DNA from: a virus
DNA: 43,874 bases
IMG/VR virus record: IMGVR_UViG_3300034069_000526
Location: 1 to 43,874 of that record
Reading direction: 5' to 3' (one strand)
Shown here: piece after piece, positions 1-7,034 of the stretch
Position numbering within the stretch: position 1 is the first letter of the stretch
Layout of the letters: each line of letters starts with the position of its first letter
Program-made: the position numbers and the translations under genes
The notes under the pieces: generated by a model
The model's database searches: none
Told to the model about the DNA's origin: nothing
Seen by the model: only the letters and a program-made list of their open reading frames with translations

Positions 1-141
1 CTCGCCAAGGGATTGATTACCCAAGGATCAACGGGATTGTGGCCGGCCTCTTTCGCGATTGCGCCTAGCACGCACCAACAAGCTGGCTTTCGAGGTGCAA
101 CCAAGTCGCCGTTATGGCATCCGGATGCGGTTCTGCTGAAC
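1..141. repeat. terminal direct repeat copy A (identical to 43734..43874)
   Basis: First and last 141 nt of the window are base-for-base identical. Confidence 0.97.
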
Positions 142-257
142 GCACCCTGCGTCCAATTGCCTTCTGGCTCAACGCGGTCAGCCGCGCGCTCCAGCACGTC
201 AGCTACGGATAGCGCCGTATGTCCCACCTCTCCGGTGGGGTTGGTGTTGCGTGTCAC
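1..257 (-). CDS. N-terminal part of junction-spanning gene, DUF6197-like hypothetical protein (continues at 43733..43592)
   Basis: GTG 257-255 overlaps upstream stop (GTGA). The frame stays open to position 1 (=43734) and joins ORF 43592..43837 in frame, giving 399 nt / 132 aa once circularised. Motifs NWTQGAF, CWCVLGAI and DWNDVPERTQAEVV recall DUF6197. Confidence 0.6.
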   Translation of the reverse strand, partial: MTRNTNPTGEVGHTALSVADVLERAADRVEPEGNWTQGAFSRTASGCHNGDLVAPRKPACWCVLGAIAKEAGHNPVDPWVINPLA

Positions 258-418
258 AGCATGATCTCTTTGGCGGCGTCGCGAAGGGCGCGGCGAGCGT
301 CGGGGGAAAGCCAATTGTCTTTGCTGGCGGCAATGTCGCGCATACGCTTGGCGATCCTCCGCCGCTCACTCGCCACAGCTGCTTTGATGACCTTGGCCGT
401 CTTTTCGTCAATTGCCAC
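254..418 (-). CDS. hypothetical small protein (54 aa)
   Basis: GGGAG lies 8 nt upstream of GTG 418. Stop TGA 256-254 overlaps the next start. Translation AIDEKTAKVIKAAVASERRRIAKRMRDIAASKDNWLSPDARRALRDAAKEIML. Below the ORF-track cutoff. Confidence 0.5.
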   Translation of the reverse strand: MAIDEKTAKVIKAAVASERRRIAKRMRDIAASKDNWLSPDARRALRDAAKEIML

Positions 419-590
419 CGTTTCCACTCCCTAATGCGTTAAGCGCGATGGTGCGCAGCTCGACAGCGAGGGCTTGTGTGCGGCCTTCAAGCTTGTCGGC
501 TATGATGCGGTGTCCGGCTTCAAGGCGCTCGATTTTGGCCGAGCGCCGAGCGCGGTGTGCCGCCTGCTTCTGAGCGTTGGTTAGCGGCAT
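408..590 (-). CDS. hypothetical small protein (60 aa)
   Basis: ORF track; ATG 590 overlaps upstream TAA (TAATG); Arg/Ala-rich helical sequence. Confidence 0.5.
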   Translation of the reverse strand: MPLTNAQKQAAHRARRSAKIERLEAGHRIIADKLEGRTQALAVELRTIALNALGSGNGGN

Positions 591-760
591 TATAGAGGGT
601 CACGCATACCGAGTGCCCGGCGCACTTCTGACCGCCAGCCTAATAAAACCTGTTGAACAATAGTCGCATCAGACATGCCGAGACTGTCCCGAGAGCAGAT
701 AAACGTGGTGAGATTGCGCTCTGTTAAATGCAGCGCATCCCGATATTTACTGCGACCCAT
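590..760 (-). CDS. hypothetical small protein (56 aa)
   Basis: AGGGGG upstream of ATG 760; start overlaps the upstream TGA and the stop TAA overlaps the next ATG; MGRSKYRDALHLTERNL... Confidence 0.5.
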   Translation of the reverse strand: MGRSKYRDALHLTERNLTTFICSRDSLGMSDATIVQQVLLGWRSEVRRALGMRDPL

Positions 761-882
761 CACACCCCCTGAACCTTAGAGCGCGCAACGGGCAACCACC
801 GGCCAGCAAGGTTGCTGTAATAGAAGAACTTGCCGTTAGTCTGCTTGACTTCGAAGGTCCGGTTGCCGAGCTGGTAGGTCAT
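760..882 (-). CDS. hypothetical small protein (40 aa)
   Basis: Perfect AAGGAG 6 nt upstream of ATG 882; stop overlaps next ATG; MTYQLGNRTFEVKQTNGKFFYYSNLAGRWLPVARSKVQGV. Confidence 0.45.
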   Translation of the reverse strand: MTYQLGNRTFEVKQTNGKFFYYSNLAGRWLPVARSKVQGV

Positions 883-901
883 TATCGTCTCCTTGCTGTG
901 A

Positions 902-926
902 GAACGGGGTTACGGCACTCCCGTTC
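902..926 (-). other. intergenic hairpin (GAACGGG/CCCGTTC, 7 bp)
   Basis: Inverted repeat in the 66-nt gap between two minus-strand genes; no U-tract. Confidence 0.3.
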
Positions 927-948
927 CGCCGTCAAGCAGATTACGTAA

Positions 949-1125
949 TTATTTCTCCACCGCCACACTCGCCATCAACGCCAGCCGATCAATGATCCGA
1001 TGTGCTCGGTAATATCGGTCATCAGCCTTTTCTTCCGATCCACCGTGATCGTGACGCATTTCGCGCAAATTTCCCACTTCCTCGCGGAGCCAAGCCACAT
1101 CGTCGGCGGTGATGGGTGCAGTCAT
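949..1125 (-). CDS. hypothetical small protein (58 aa)
   Basis: ATG 1125 in ATGA overlap with the upstream stop; MTAPITADDVAWLREEVGNLREMRHDHGGSEEKADDRYYRAHRIIDRLALMASVAVEK. Confidence 0.5.
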   Translation of the reverse strand: MTAPITADDVAWLREEVGNLREMRHDHGGSEEKADDRYYRAHRIIDRLALMASVAVEK

Positions 1126-1568
1126 GCCGCTTCACCATTCCGCCGACGGGCCTCGTCCATCAACTCGTTCATGGTGCAGCCGATCCAAGTAGACAGAACG
1201 TGGGCGCAGCGATCAGTCCAATGCGCGCGCTCAGGCTCCGTCATCTCACGATTACTGGTCGAGCGGGCCTTGAACACCTTGACACCGCTTGGCGTGGTAA
1301 ACTCGACACCTAATTTGAGCCGACGTTTCAACTCGTCGTGTAGCAAGTCACTGTCCCATGGCTGCCCTGTCATGTCTGTGAGTGCGGTCGCAGCGGCGTC
1401 CAACATTAGCCAATAAAAGGCGCGTCGACGCTGATTAGCACCGCTCTTCTTGATTTCGATGCGGCACTGGATACCGTTAACCGCTTTCATGGCGTTGCGG
1501 GCGGCATCGTTTACGGGCACTAGGGAGCCGAACCTGCCGGTGGCGAGCAAGGGGGCGGTATCAGCCAC
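1122..1568 (-). CDS. NinB/Orf-like recombination mediator (tentative; DUF1367 is an alternative)
   Basis: 148 aa. The patterns NQRRRAFYWLML and KARSTSNREMTEPE resemble the lambda Orf patterns RSLDQNRKLWACL and QSTSRMRVGEF. Sits next to the exo/SSAP genes. Confidence 0.45.
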   Translation of the reverse strand: MADTAPLLATGRFGSLVPVNDAARNAMKAVNGIQCRIEIKKSGANQRRRAFYWLMLDAAATALTDMTGQPWDSDLLHDELKRRLKLGVEFTTPSGVKVFKARSTSNREMTEPERAHWTDRCAHVLSTWIGCTMNELMDEARRRNGEAA

Positions 1569-1899
1569 TGGCTCGCTCCCGCATGGCCTGCTCGATCTGC
1601 ACTCGACGTGGGCTAGCAGCTATAAAGGCGCGGATAAGCGCCTCCACGTCCCTGCCCCGCCAGAATGTGCGCTCGCCGGTATGTTGGCATTGGTGACACT
1701 CCTTGCAAAGCGATACGGTGCGCCAGTCGTCCGGTTTTTGACCCATGCCAGCACCCGATCCGATGCGGACGTGCGCGACCTCAATTGCAGTCATCGACCC
1801 GCACACCGAACAGGCGTGACCACGAACGAACGTGCAATGAGCCTGCGACCGCCAGCGGGTGGCGCGTTTCGGCTTTTTGGCAATGCGAGCTGGCAGCAC
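1561..1899 (-). CDS. HNH-type nuclease, Ref/DUF968-like
   Basis: Motifs WRSQAHCTFVRGHACSVCG ... EVAHVR ... VSLCKECHQCQH ... GERTFW match the recalled DUF968/P1 Ref pattern. Confidence 0.6.
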   Translation of the reverse strand: MLPARIAKKPKRATRWRSQAHCTFVRGHACSVCGSMTAIEVAHVRIGSGAGMGQKPDDWRTVSLCKECHQCQHTGERTFWRGRDVEALIRAFIAASPRRVQIEQAMRERASG

Positions 1900-2063
1900 T
1901 AGCCTAGCCTCGCGCGCAGACGATTAGCAGTCCGAACCGGAATGCCAGCGCGCCATGCCGCCTCCTTAAGGCAGCGTGATACAGCAAGGCACTCGGCAAG
2001 ACGCTGCGCCTTGTCCCCAGCTTTACGGGAACGTGCCGCGTTGGGGATGGCCCAGCCGCTCAT
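1899..2063 (-). CDS. small HTH-like protein (54 aa)
   Basis: ATGA overlap at 2063; stop overlaps GTG 1899; CLKEAAWRAGIPVRTANRLRARLG looks like a helix-turn-helix. Confidence 0.45.
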   Translation of the reverse strand: MSGWAIPNAARSRKAGDKAQRLAECLAVSRCLKEAAWRAGIPVRTANRLRARLG

Positions 2064-2683
2064 GCCGCTTTCCGATAGCGTAAAGTGAGGTCAGCAACCG
2101 TCGCTTCGACCTCAGCCAGAAACTCGATAGCCGCGGCCTCGATTTCGGCGATCAGCTTAAGGTCAGCATTGACGCGCGTAATGTGGAGCTGCATTTCGAC
2201 CGGCAATCTCGGGTCATAAGACACGAAGTCGCACCACGCCCGCCCGGTGCAGGCCATCTGAAATTGCATCTGCTTGATGTACTTGTCAGCAATCGGGGCG
2301 CCGCGAAGCGTGGCGATATGGGTTGCCGTGTTCGGGCACTTGATCTCCACCAGCCCGCCGTCGCCTACAAGGCCATCCGGCGACGCGCCCGCCATGTCGA
2401 TCGCCGGGTGAGGCACGAAACCCTCCTCAACTACAACCAGCCCGCGTTCAAAGCTGTAGCACTCGCGAGCGTTTGGCTCCTGGTCCGTGCCCCACTGCAT
2501 CGCGGCGTTGCTAAAGCCCGCCTCGCGGGTGCCCGTAAGACGCTCAATGACAAGCTGCGACAGGTAGGCGTCGCGCCCCGCCCCCCAACCCGTCTTGGTG
2601 CGCGCCATCATATCCGCGATGCGGCTGGCAGTCACCTTACCCGCACGGGCGGCAAACCAATCGTCGGTGAGCTGTTCCATCAT
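2060..2683 (-). CDS. YqaJ-type (lambda Exo-like) recombination exonuclease
   Basis: N-terminal W..AR.GK.TAS, then SPDGLV..GGLVEIKCP, typical of the PD-(D/E)XK YqaJ family; adjacent to Erf. Confidence 0.85.
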   Translation of the reverse strand: MMEQLTDDWFAARAGKVTASRIADMMARTKTGWGAGRDAYLSQLVIERLTGTREAGFSNAAMQWGTDQEPNARECYSFERGLVVVEEGFVPHPAIDMAGASPDGLVGDGGLVEIKCPNTATHIATLRGAPIADKYIKQMQFQMACTGRAWCDFVSYDPRLPVEMQLHITRVNADLKLIAEIEAAAIEFLAEVEATVADLTLRYRKAA

Positions 2684-3033
2684 AGCACCTCCATCAAGAG
2701 GTGGCCGTCGTCGTCAGCCTTGTGCTCATACTCGCCGCCCGCTTCCTCAGGAAAGAAGCAGTCTATTGGTTTGTCGTTGAATGCGGCCTTATAGCACCAG
2801 CCGAACCCGCCAGTTTTGATAATGCCAATGCTGGCGAGCGCGCCGAAAAGGCCATCGGTATCAATTTGTTCGACTTGCCGAATGCGATAAAACAGGAAGT
2901 CGGCGTCTTTGCGGGCACCATCTTTATAGAGCAGCCCGCCAGTGAGCGCGACGTGGCAGCCATAATCCGGAGCGATAGTCTCAATCTGGCGGCTGAGCGC
3001 GATAGCTTCTGCCTGAGTCCAAGCGTCCATCAT
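2680..3033 (-). CDS. hypothetical protein with minimal nucleotidyltransferase-fold signature
   Basis: 117 aa, ATGA-coupled on both sides. VALTGGLLYKDGARKDADFLF fits hG[GS]-x9-13-DxD and a later IDCFF supplies a third acidic strand. Confidence 0.7.
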   Translation of the reverse strand: MMDAWTQAEAIALSRQIETIAPDYGCHVALTGGLLYKDGARKDADFLFYRIRQVEQIDTDGLFGALASIGIIKTGGFGWCYKAAFNDKPIDCFFPEEAGGEYEHKADDDGHLLMEVL

Positions 3034-3674
3034 GCGGCCTCCTGCTGTGCGACAGCGCCTTCTTTCGCTACCTTCTCAAGCAGCTTCTTGTTGAGCATCG
3101 CACGAGCATGATCAAACCGGCTGGCAGGTAACTCGGGAAGGCTGCTGATCTTGTAGTAGGTACAGAAGCCTTTCATGTCGGCGCCGGACTGGCTGGCGAG
3201 CGTTAGAAGAATGTTGCGCTGATCGTCGTTGATACGGTTAGCCGCGGGCTCCTGCCGCGACCCGCGCTGACTGGCAGCGTTGCCGTCGTCATCCTCAGGG
3301 CAGACGCCAACAACCGCCGCCAGAGCATAGCGCCGGGCATAGGTGACTGCCGAACCATAGCCCTGCGCATCTACCTTCGAAAGCGGAATGGATAGTGTGC
3401 CACGCATCCATTCGCCGCTCTCATGGGTAAGCTGCGTAGTCATGGTCATGCGGTTCTCGATCATCTCGCCGGGAAATTGCACGACACTCAGGCCGTTGGT
3501 CGTCAGCGGCTCGCGGCACGCTTCCCAAACGGCGGTCAGGTCGGCGTATTTCATCGACTTGCCGTCGCGCTTGAACGCAGGGTTTTCGGCGTCCTTCTTG
3601 GCGCCCTCCACAATGCCTTGGACCTGCACCAGAGCCGCGGCGAGTTTGGCGATAGTGGGTGATTGCTCAATCAT
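3030..3674 (-). CDS. erf: ERF-family single-strand annealing protein
   Basis: Start moved to ATG 3674 (GAGGA 7 nt upstream, ATGA overlap with the upstream gene). KYADLTAVWEACREPL and GSAVTYARRYAL are typical ERF motifs. Confidence 0.8.
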   Translation of the reverse strand: MIEQSPTIAKLAAALVQVQGIVEGAKKDAENPAFKRDGKSMKYADLTAVWEACREPLTTNGLSVVQFPGEMIENRMTMTTQLTHESGEWMRGTLSIPLSKVDAQGYGSAVTYARRYALAAVVGVCPEDDDGNAASQRGSRQEPAANRINDDQRNILLTLASQSGADMKGFCTYYKISSLPELPASRFDHARAMLNKKLLEKVAKEGAVAQQEAA

Positions 3675-3874
3675 GCAAAAATCCTCAATGCGAGATATGC
3701 GATTGCGAAAATGGCGATCCACAGCAGCAGCGAATGCCACCAAGGCTCGGCAGGTGCTTCGAACGGTGCCGATGCGTTATCCGCCTGCCATGCAGATACC
3801 GGAGCTTCCCAAGTGTTGTTCTTGCCGTGGAGAACGGGCGTATGGATGACGCGGTGAGTGCGGGTGGTGATCAT
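3671..3874 (-). CDS. hypothetical protein with C-terminal transmembrane helix
   Basis: ORF track; coupled to erf; C-terminus WWHSLLLWIAIFAIAYLALRIFA. Confidence 0.55.
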   Translation of the reverse strand: MITTRTHRVIHTPVLHGKNNTWEAPVSAWQADNASAPFEAPAEPWWHSLLLWIAIFAIAYLALRIFA

Positions 3875-4254
3875 GCGACCGCTTCTTCCCGCCGACGTTT
3901 GATGTCGGCAGAGACGTTGCGAGCCATGTCATCGTAGGCAGCAGCTTGCGTCGGCCCAAAACCCGCGATGCTCTCTTGCAGGTTTTCGAAGCCCGGCCGG
4001 AAAGCCATCCACATGTTGCCGTCCATCATGAACCGCGTATCAGTAGCTGACGGCCCCCCATGCTGCTCACAACAATAGCCCATGGCGAGCGGTGGGCGTG
4101 TGTGCGGCCCATGCCAAAGCCCTAGGAACGGAGCCTTAAACTGCTCGCCATATGCTGGCTGGCCGCATGTTCCAGCGGGACTGCCCCCTTGAAACATCGC
4201 CACGCTGCATTTGCCCTCTATGCCAGCGGCAAGGCCAAAGCGACGCGCGTTCAC
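3871..4254 (-). CDS. hypothetical protein
   Basis: ORF track 3871..4269. GTG 4254 gives a GTGA overlap with the upstream stop; ATG 4269 is the alternative start. Confidence 0.6.
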   Translation of the reverse strand: MNARRFGLAAGIEGKCSVAMFQGGSPAGTCGQPAYGEQFKAPFLGLWHGPHTRPPLAMGYCCEQHGGPSATDTRFMMDGNMWMAFRPGFENLQESIAGFGPTQAAAYDDMARNVSADIKRRREEAVA

Positions 4255-4550
4255 TTGCCCATTCCCCATGCTGCCGGATCAATCTGACGGGCGGTAGTGG
4301 TGATGGCCCGCAGCGGCGCGATGTCGGAAACGTCGGGCGTCGGAGCGCAACTTGGGCACCATCCGTAGATCGTCACGCCATCGCAACCGCTGCAATGCGT
4401 ACCAGCCTCGTAGCCAGCTGCTAGCTCACGGGCGCGGTTCTCGGCTTGGTTGAACCGAGTCTGTGCTGCTGCTTGTTCGAACAGGCGTTCCAGCCGTTCG
4501 GTGTCGAGGGACTTGGCGTTTGCCGTGTCGGGGGTGAAGGGCGCGCTCAT
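4251..4550 (-). CDS. hypothetical Cys-rich protein (99 aa)
   Basis: Internal ATG 4550 in ATGA overlap with the upstream stop; the rest of track ORF 4251..4763 looks like an out-of-frame extension; THCSGCDGVTIYGWCPSC. Confidence 0.6.
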   Translation of the reverse strand: MSAPFTPDTANAKSLDTERLERLFEQAAAQTRFNQAENRARELAAGYEAGTHCSGCDGVTIYGWCPSCAPTPDVSDIAPLRAITTTARQIDPAAWGMGK

Positions 4551-4819
4551 GCTGCGTCCTCCGTCTGGCGAGTGCAGTATCCGCAGGGCGGGCTGATGTG
4601 GCAGGAGCAACCGTCCGCATCCTCCGCCTCGTCCATAAGTCGGTCGCGCTCGGCTTCCATGCGCCGGCCGCCTTCGGTCTCCGCATAGCGCGTTGCACCT
4701 TCGGGAATGCTGCGCGCCACGAACCGGTCGTAGTCGCGCGCTTCCGGGGTCATGCCGTGCCAAATGCGCAACATGTAATCCCGTTTGCTCTCGCCCTCAC
4801 GGCGGGGACCGGCGCTCAT
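4547..4819 (-). CDS. hypothetical protein with CxCH-x3-PPCxxC putative zinc motif
   Basis: ORF track; DGCSCHISPPCGYC near the C-terminus; coupled on both sides. Confidence 0.65.
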   Translation of the reverse strand: MSAGPRREGESKRDYMLRIWHGMTPEARDYDRFVARSIPEGATRYAETEGGRRMEAERDRLMDEAEDADGCSCHISPPCGYCTRQTEDAA

Positions 4820-5112
4820 GCGGCTTCTGCCATGTTGAGCGTGATGATCTCGCCAGCACCGGGCAGCGTCACATCCGGGGTGCGGTCCGCCTTTGCCTGC
4901 GAGACGGCCTTGAACAGCGCCTCACGCACGTTCTGTTCATGCGCCATCTGGCAAGCGATGCCGCTGCGCGCGAACCCACGCCAATGCACGGTCGCGCTGT
5001 AGTGCTTGCGCTCGTTGCCGTCGTCATCGCTGTGAATGCTGACGCTAACGGCGACGGTGGTCAGGTCATTGTCGCGAGCGATCTGCTCAAGCGCTTCTTC
5101 GATGCGTGCCAT
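4816..5112 (-). CDS. hypothetical protein, first gene of the leftward operon
   Basis: ORF track; GGAG about 9 nt upstream of ATG 5112. Confidence 0.65.
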   Translation of the reverse strand: MARIEEALEQIARDNDLTTVAVSVSIHSDDDGNERKHYSATVHWRGFARSGIACQMAHEQNVREALFKAVSQAKADRTPDVTLPGAGEIITLNMAEAA

Positions 5113-5152
5113 CGTGCCATCTCCGTCCCAGCGGTGCGCCGGGTGTGAAGGC

Positions 5153-5181
5153 GGTATGAAGCCAGCCGCTTAAGGATGCAA
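5153..5181 (-). promoter_or_regulatory. candidate leftward promoter (TTGCAT-17-CATACC)
   Basis: Reverse complement of 5153..5181 reads TTGCAT, a 17-nt spacer, then CATACC; about 34-nt leader to ATG 5112. Confidence 0.35.
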
Positions 5182-5195
5182 CAACAAAATGCGGC

Positions 5196-5224
5196 TTGAA
5201 GCAAAATAATGCACACGCTATACC
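5196..5224 (+). promoter_or_regulatory. candidate rightward promoter (TTGAAG-17-TATACC), probably yielding a leaderless mRNA
   Basis: TTGAAG 5196-5201, 17-nt spacer, TATACC 5219-5224. ATG 5231 lies 7 nt after the -10 and has no Shine-Dalgarno. Confidence 0.45.
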
Positions 5225-5230
5225 GCGGCC

Positions 5231-5434
5231 ATGAATGCACCCCTCACCCCCGCCGCCGTGCGTGATCGCGCTACCAAGGCGCACACGTCAATCAACAAAT
5301 TGATGGCGCGAGCCGGCTTGCCCAACTCCACGTTCTGGCGATGGGAGAAGGGTGCGATCGTCAACCCCCATCCGGTTACCTTGCAGAAGCTAAGCGACGC
5401 CTTGGGTGCTATCGAAGCGGAGCGCGCAGCATGA
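5231..5434 (+). CDS. Cro/XRE-type HTH regulator
   Basis: SINKLMARAGLPNSTFWRWEKG...TLQKL is a classic XRE HTH; first gene of the rightward operon. Confidence 0.75.
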   Translation: MNAPLTPAAVRDRATKAHTSINKLMARAGLPNSTFWRWEKGAIVNPHPVTLQKLSDALGAIEAERAA

Positions 5435-5619
5435 ACGGATGGCAGCCAATCGAGACAGCGCCGCGCGACGGGACGCCTGTTCTTGCTTGGTTTCAGGGAA
5501 GCGCAGTCGTGGCATTCCTAAATCCGAGAACTGGTCGTTGGGATGATGGCGATTTCTATGACGACCTCGGCTCTCCGTCCCACTGGATGCCGATACCCCC
5601 AGCACCGGAGACAGCATGA
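5431..5619 (+). CDS. DUF551-like protein (62 aa)
   Basis: ATG 5431 in ATGA overlap; WQPIETAPRDGTPVLAW ... HWMPIPPAP matches the recalled DUF551 pattern. Confidence 0.65.
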   Translation: MNGWQPIETAPRDGTPVLAWFQGSAVVAFLNPRTGRWDDGDFYDDLGSPSHWMPIPPAPETA

Positions 5620-5753
5620 CCCCACTTCAAGCTCTCGCTCTGTCCGCAGGGTATCTCACCATCAGCTTCTTGGCGGCGTGGATGCTGTGCCTCCTGTTTC
5701 GGGCAGCGGCTCCCTGCGACACATCCGACGACCAGCGAGGTATAAGCGAATGA
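5616..5753 (+). CDS. small membrane protein (45 aa)
   Basis: ATGA overlaps at both ends; LALSAGYLTISFLAAWMLCLLF hydrophobic helix; below the track cutoff. Confidence 0.45.
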   Translation: MTPLQALALSAGYLTISFLAAWMLCLLFRAAAPCDTSDDQRGISE

Positions 5754-5887
5754 TCGCCGCCCCTGCCCGCATTGACCGCAACTGGCGCGGTGAGATCGTC
5801 CGCGTTCAACCCTTCGCGTATCACGTCGTGTTCAGCAGCGATGCTCGTCGGGTGCCGGATCGTGTCGCGAAAGTACCGCTCCTGTGA
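5750..5887 (+). CDS. hypothetical small protein (45 aa)
   Basis: ATG 5750 in ATGA overlap; tail of track ORF 5543..5887. Confidence 0.45.
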   Translation: MIAAPARIDRNWRGEIVRVQPFAYHVVFSSDARRVPDRVAKVPLL

Positions 5888-6168
5888 GCCCGCAGCAACA
5901 CGACATTATCGATCTGTTGCGCGGCCGTCGGCGGTACACCTCGGCAATCGAAATCCGCGACACGGTTACACCTGGAGCAAGCGTGAAGGTGATACACGTT
6001 GCTGTGTCACGTATGCGGGCAGAGCTAGGCAACAGGATTGACCTGTCCAGCACAGCGGACGGCTATCGGCTTGAGCGATACGACGGCCCTACGCGCCTTG
6101 CTGGCGTGCCTATTGCGTCGATCCTCGCAGAGTTGCGAGAGCGTGGCGTCGGGCTGGTGCCAGCATGA
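5884..6168 (+). CDS. winged-helix DNA-binding protein (OmpR/PhoB C-terminal-like)
   Basis: GTGA-coupled; IIDLLRGRRRYTSAIEIRD...VKVIHVAVSRMRAELG...ADGYRLE follows the trans_reg_C pattern. Confidence 0.55.
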   Translation: MSPQQHDIIDLLRGRRRYTSAIEIRDTVTPGASVKVIHVAVSRMRAELGNRIDLSSTADGYRLERYDGPTRLAGVPIASILAELRERGVGLVPA

Positions 6169-6437
6169 ACCGCTGGACTGCTTCCATGGATGCCGCGCTG
6201 TCAGCCGGGCTCGCCAAAGGCCTCACGCTTGAAGCTATCGCATCCCAGCTCGGCATGAGCAAAAACGCTGTTCTAGGCCGTAAGCATCGTCTGTTTGGGA
6301 AGGGACCAGCGCCGCGCCGATCGCCGGTGCGTCCTACCAAGCAGGAGCCGTCACAAGCACCCGTCAACCGCGACCCATGCTGGCGCTGTGGTGTACGTGC
6401 TGATTTTGGCTGTGTGCACAGTAGGGATGTGGCGTGA
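6165..6437 (+). CDS. GcrA-like cell-cycle regulator homologue
   Basis: RWTASMDAALSAGLAKGLTLEAIASQLGMSKNAVLGRKHRL parallels the GcrA N-terminal domain (W..D..L....GLS..QIA.QLG.SRNAVIGK.HRL). Confidence 0.75.
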   Translation: MNRWTASMDAALSAGLAKGLTLEAIASQLGMSKNAVLGRKHRLFGKGPAPRRSPVRPTKQEPSQAPVNRDPCWRCGVRADFGCVHSRDVA

Positions 6438-6808
6438 CGTTTGAATTGCCTATGCCGCCGAGCGTGAATGCGATGTTCGCGACCGACTGGAAAACAAAAC
6501 GCCGTTTCGTTTCCAAGTCCTATGCGACGTGGAAAGAAAACGCCAGAAACTTGCTAGGTGCGCAGTATGCCGCCTATGGCTCGCCCGCCGTCCACAAGCC
6601 GGTCTCGCTGACGATCAAGCTGGGACTCAACTATCAGTCGGACATAGCGAACAGGGAAAAGGCGCTTACTGACATGCTGGTGGCTACTCTCGACATGCCG
6701 GATGATCGGTACATCGACCGCATTGTCATTGAGCGGGACCAATCCATCACTGGTGCACTGGTAACGGTGGAAGGTTCGTTTGTCGGGCTTGCGACTATCG
6801 CGGACTAG
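6434..6808 (+). CDS. rusA: RusA-family Holliday junction resolvase
   Basis: LPMPPSVNAMF at the N-terminus and SDIANREKALTDMLVATLDMPDDRYIDRIVIER match RusA motifs. Confidence 0.7.
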   Translation: MTFELPMPPSVNAMFATDWKTKRRFVSKSYATWKENARNLLGAQYAAYGSPAVHKPVSLTIKLGLNYQSDIANREKALTDMLVATLDMPDDRYIDRIVIERDQSITGALVTVEGSFVGLATIAD

Positions 6809-6813
6809 TGTAT

Positions 6814-6860
6814 GTTGGCGGGCGAGGGGAGCTTCTTGCCGGTTGCTCCACCCCGCCAAC
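6814..6860 (+). other. intergenic hairpin (GTTGGCGGG/CCCGCCAAC, 9 bp, 29-nt loop)
   Basis: Inverted repeat directly after the rusA stop. Confidence 0.3.
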
Positions 6861-6881
6861 GGCTGATAAGGAGCCTCGCCT

Positions 6882-7034
6882 GTGACTGATATACCCGCCG
6901 AAAGACTCCTGCGCAAGAAGGAAGAGCCGTTTAGACGGAGCTTGTTCACGGAAGATCAGCGGTATGGCGAAGCGCGTTCGATTGGAGAAATCATCAAGCC
7001 GATCCTCTCCAGGTTGGCTAAAGACATCGTATGA
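6882..7034 (+). CDS. hypothetical small protein (50 aa)
   Basis: AAGGAG 8 nt upstream of GTG 6882; stop in ATGA overlap with the next gene; below the track cutoff. Confidence 0.45.
   Translation: MTDIPAERLLRKKEEPFRRSLFTEDQRYGEARSIGEIIKPILSRLAKDIV

Noticed and set aside
4251-4763. The 170-aa track ORF as annotated.
   Set aside because: Its first 70 or so residues (Arg/Gly/Pro-rich) overlap the well-formed gene 4547-4819 in another frame. The ATGA-coupled internal ATG at 4550 gives a coherent 99-aa protein.
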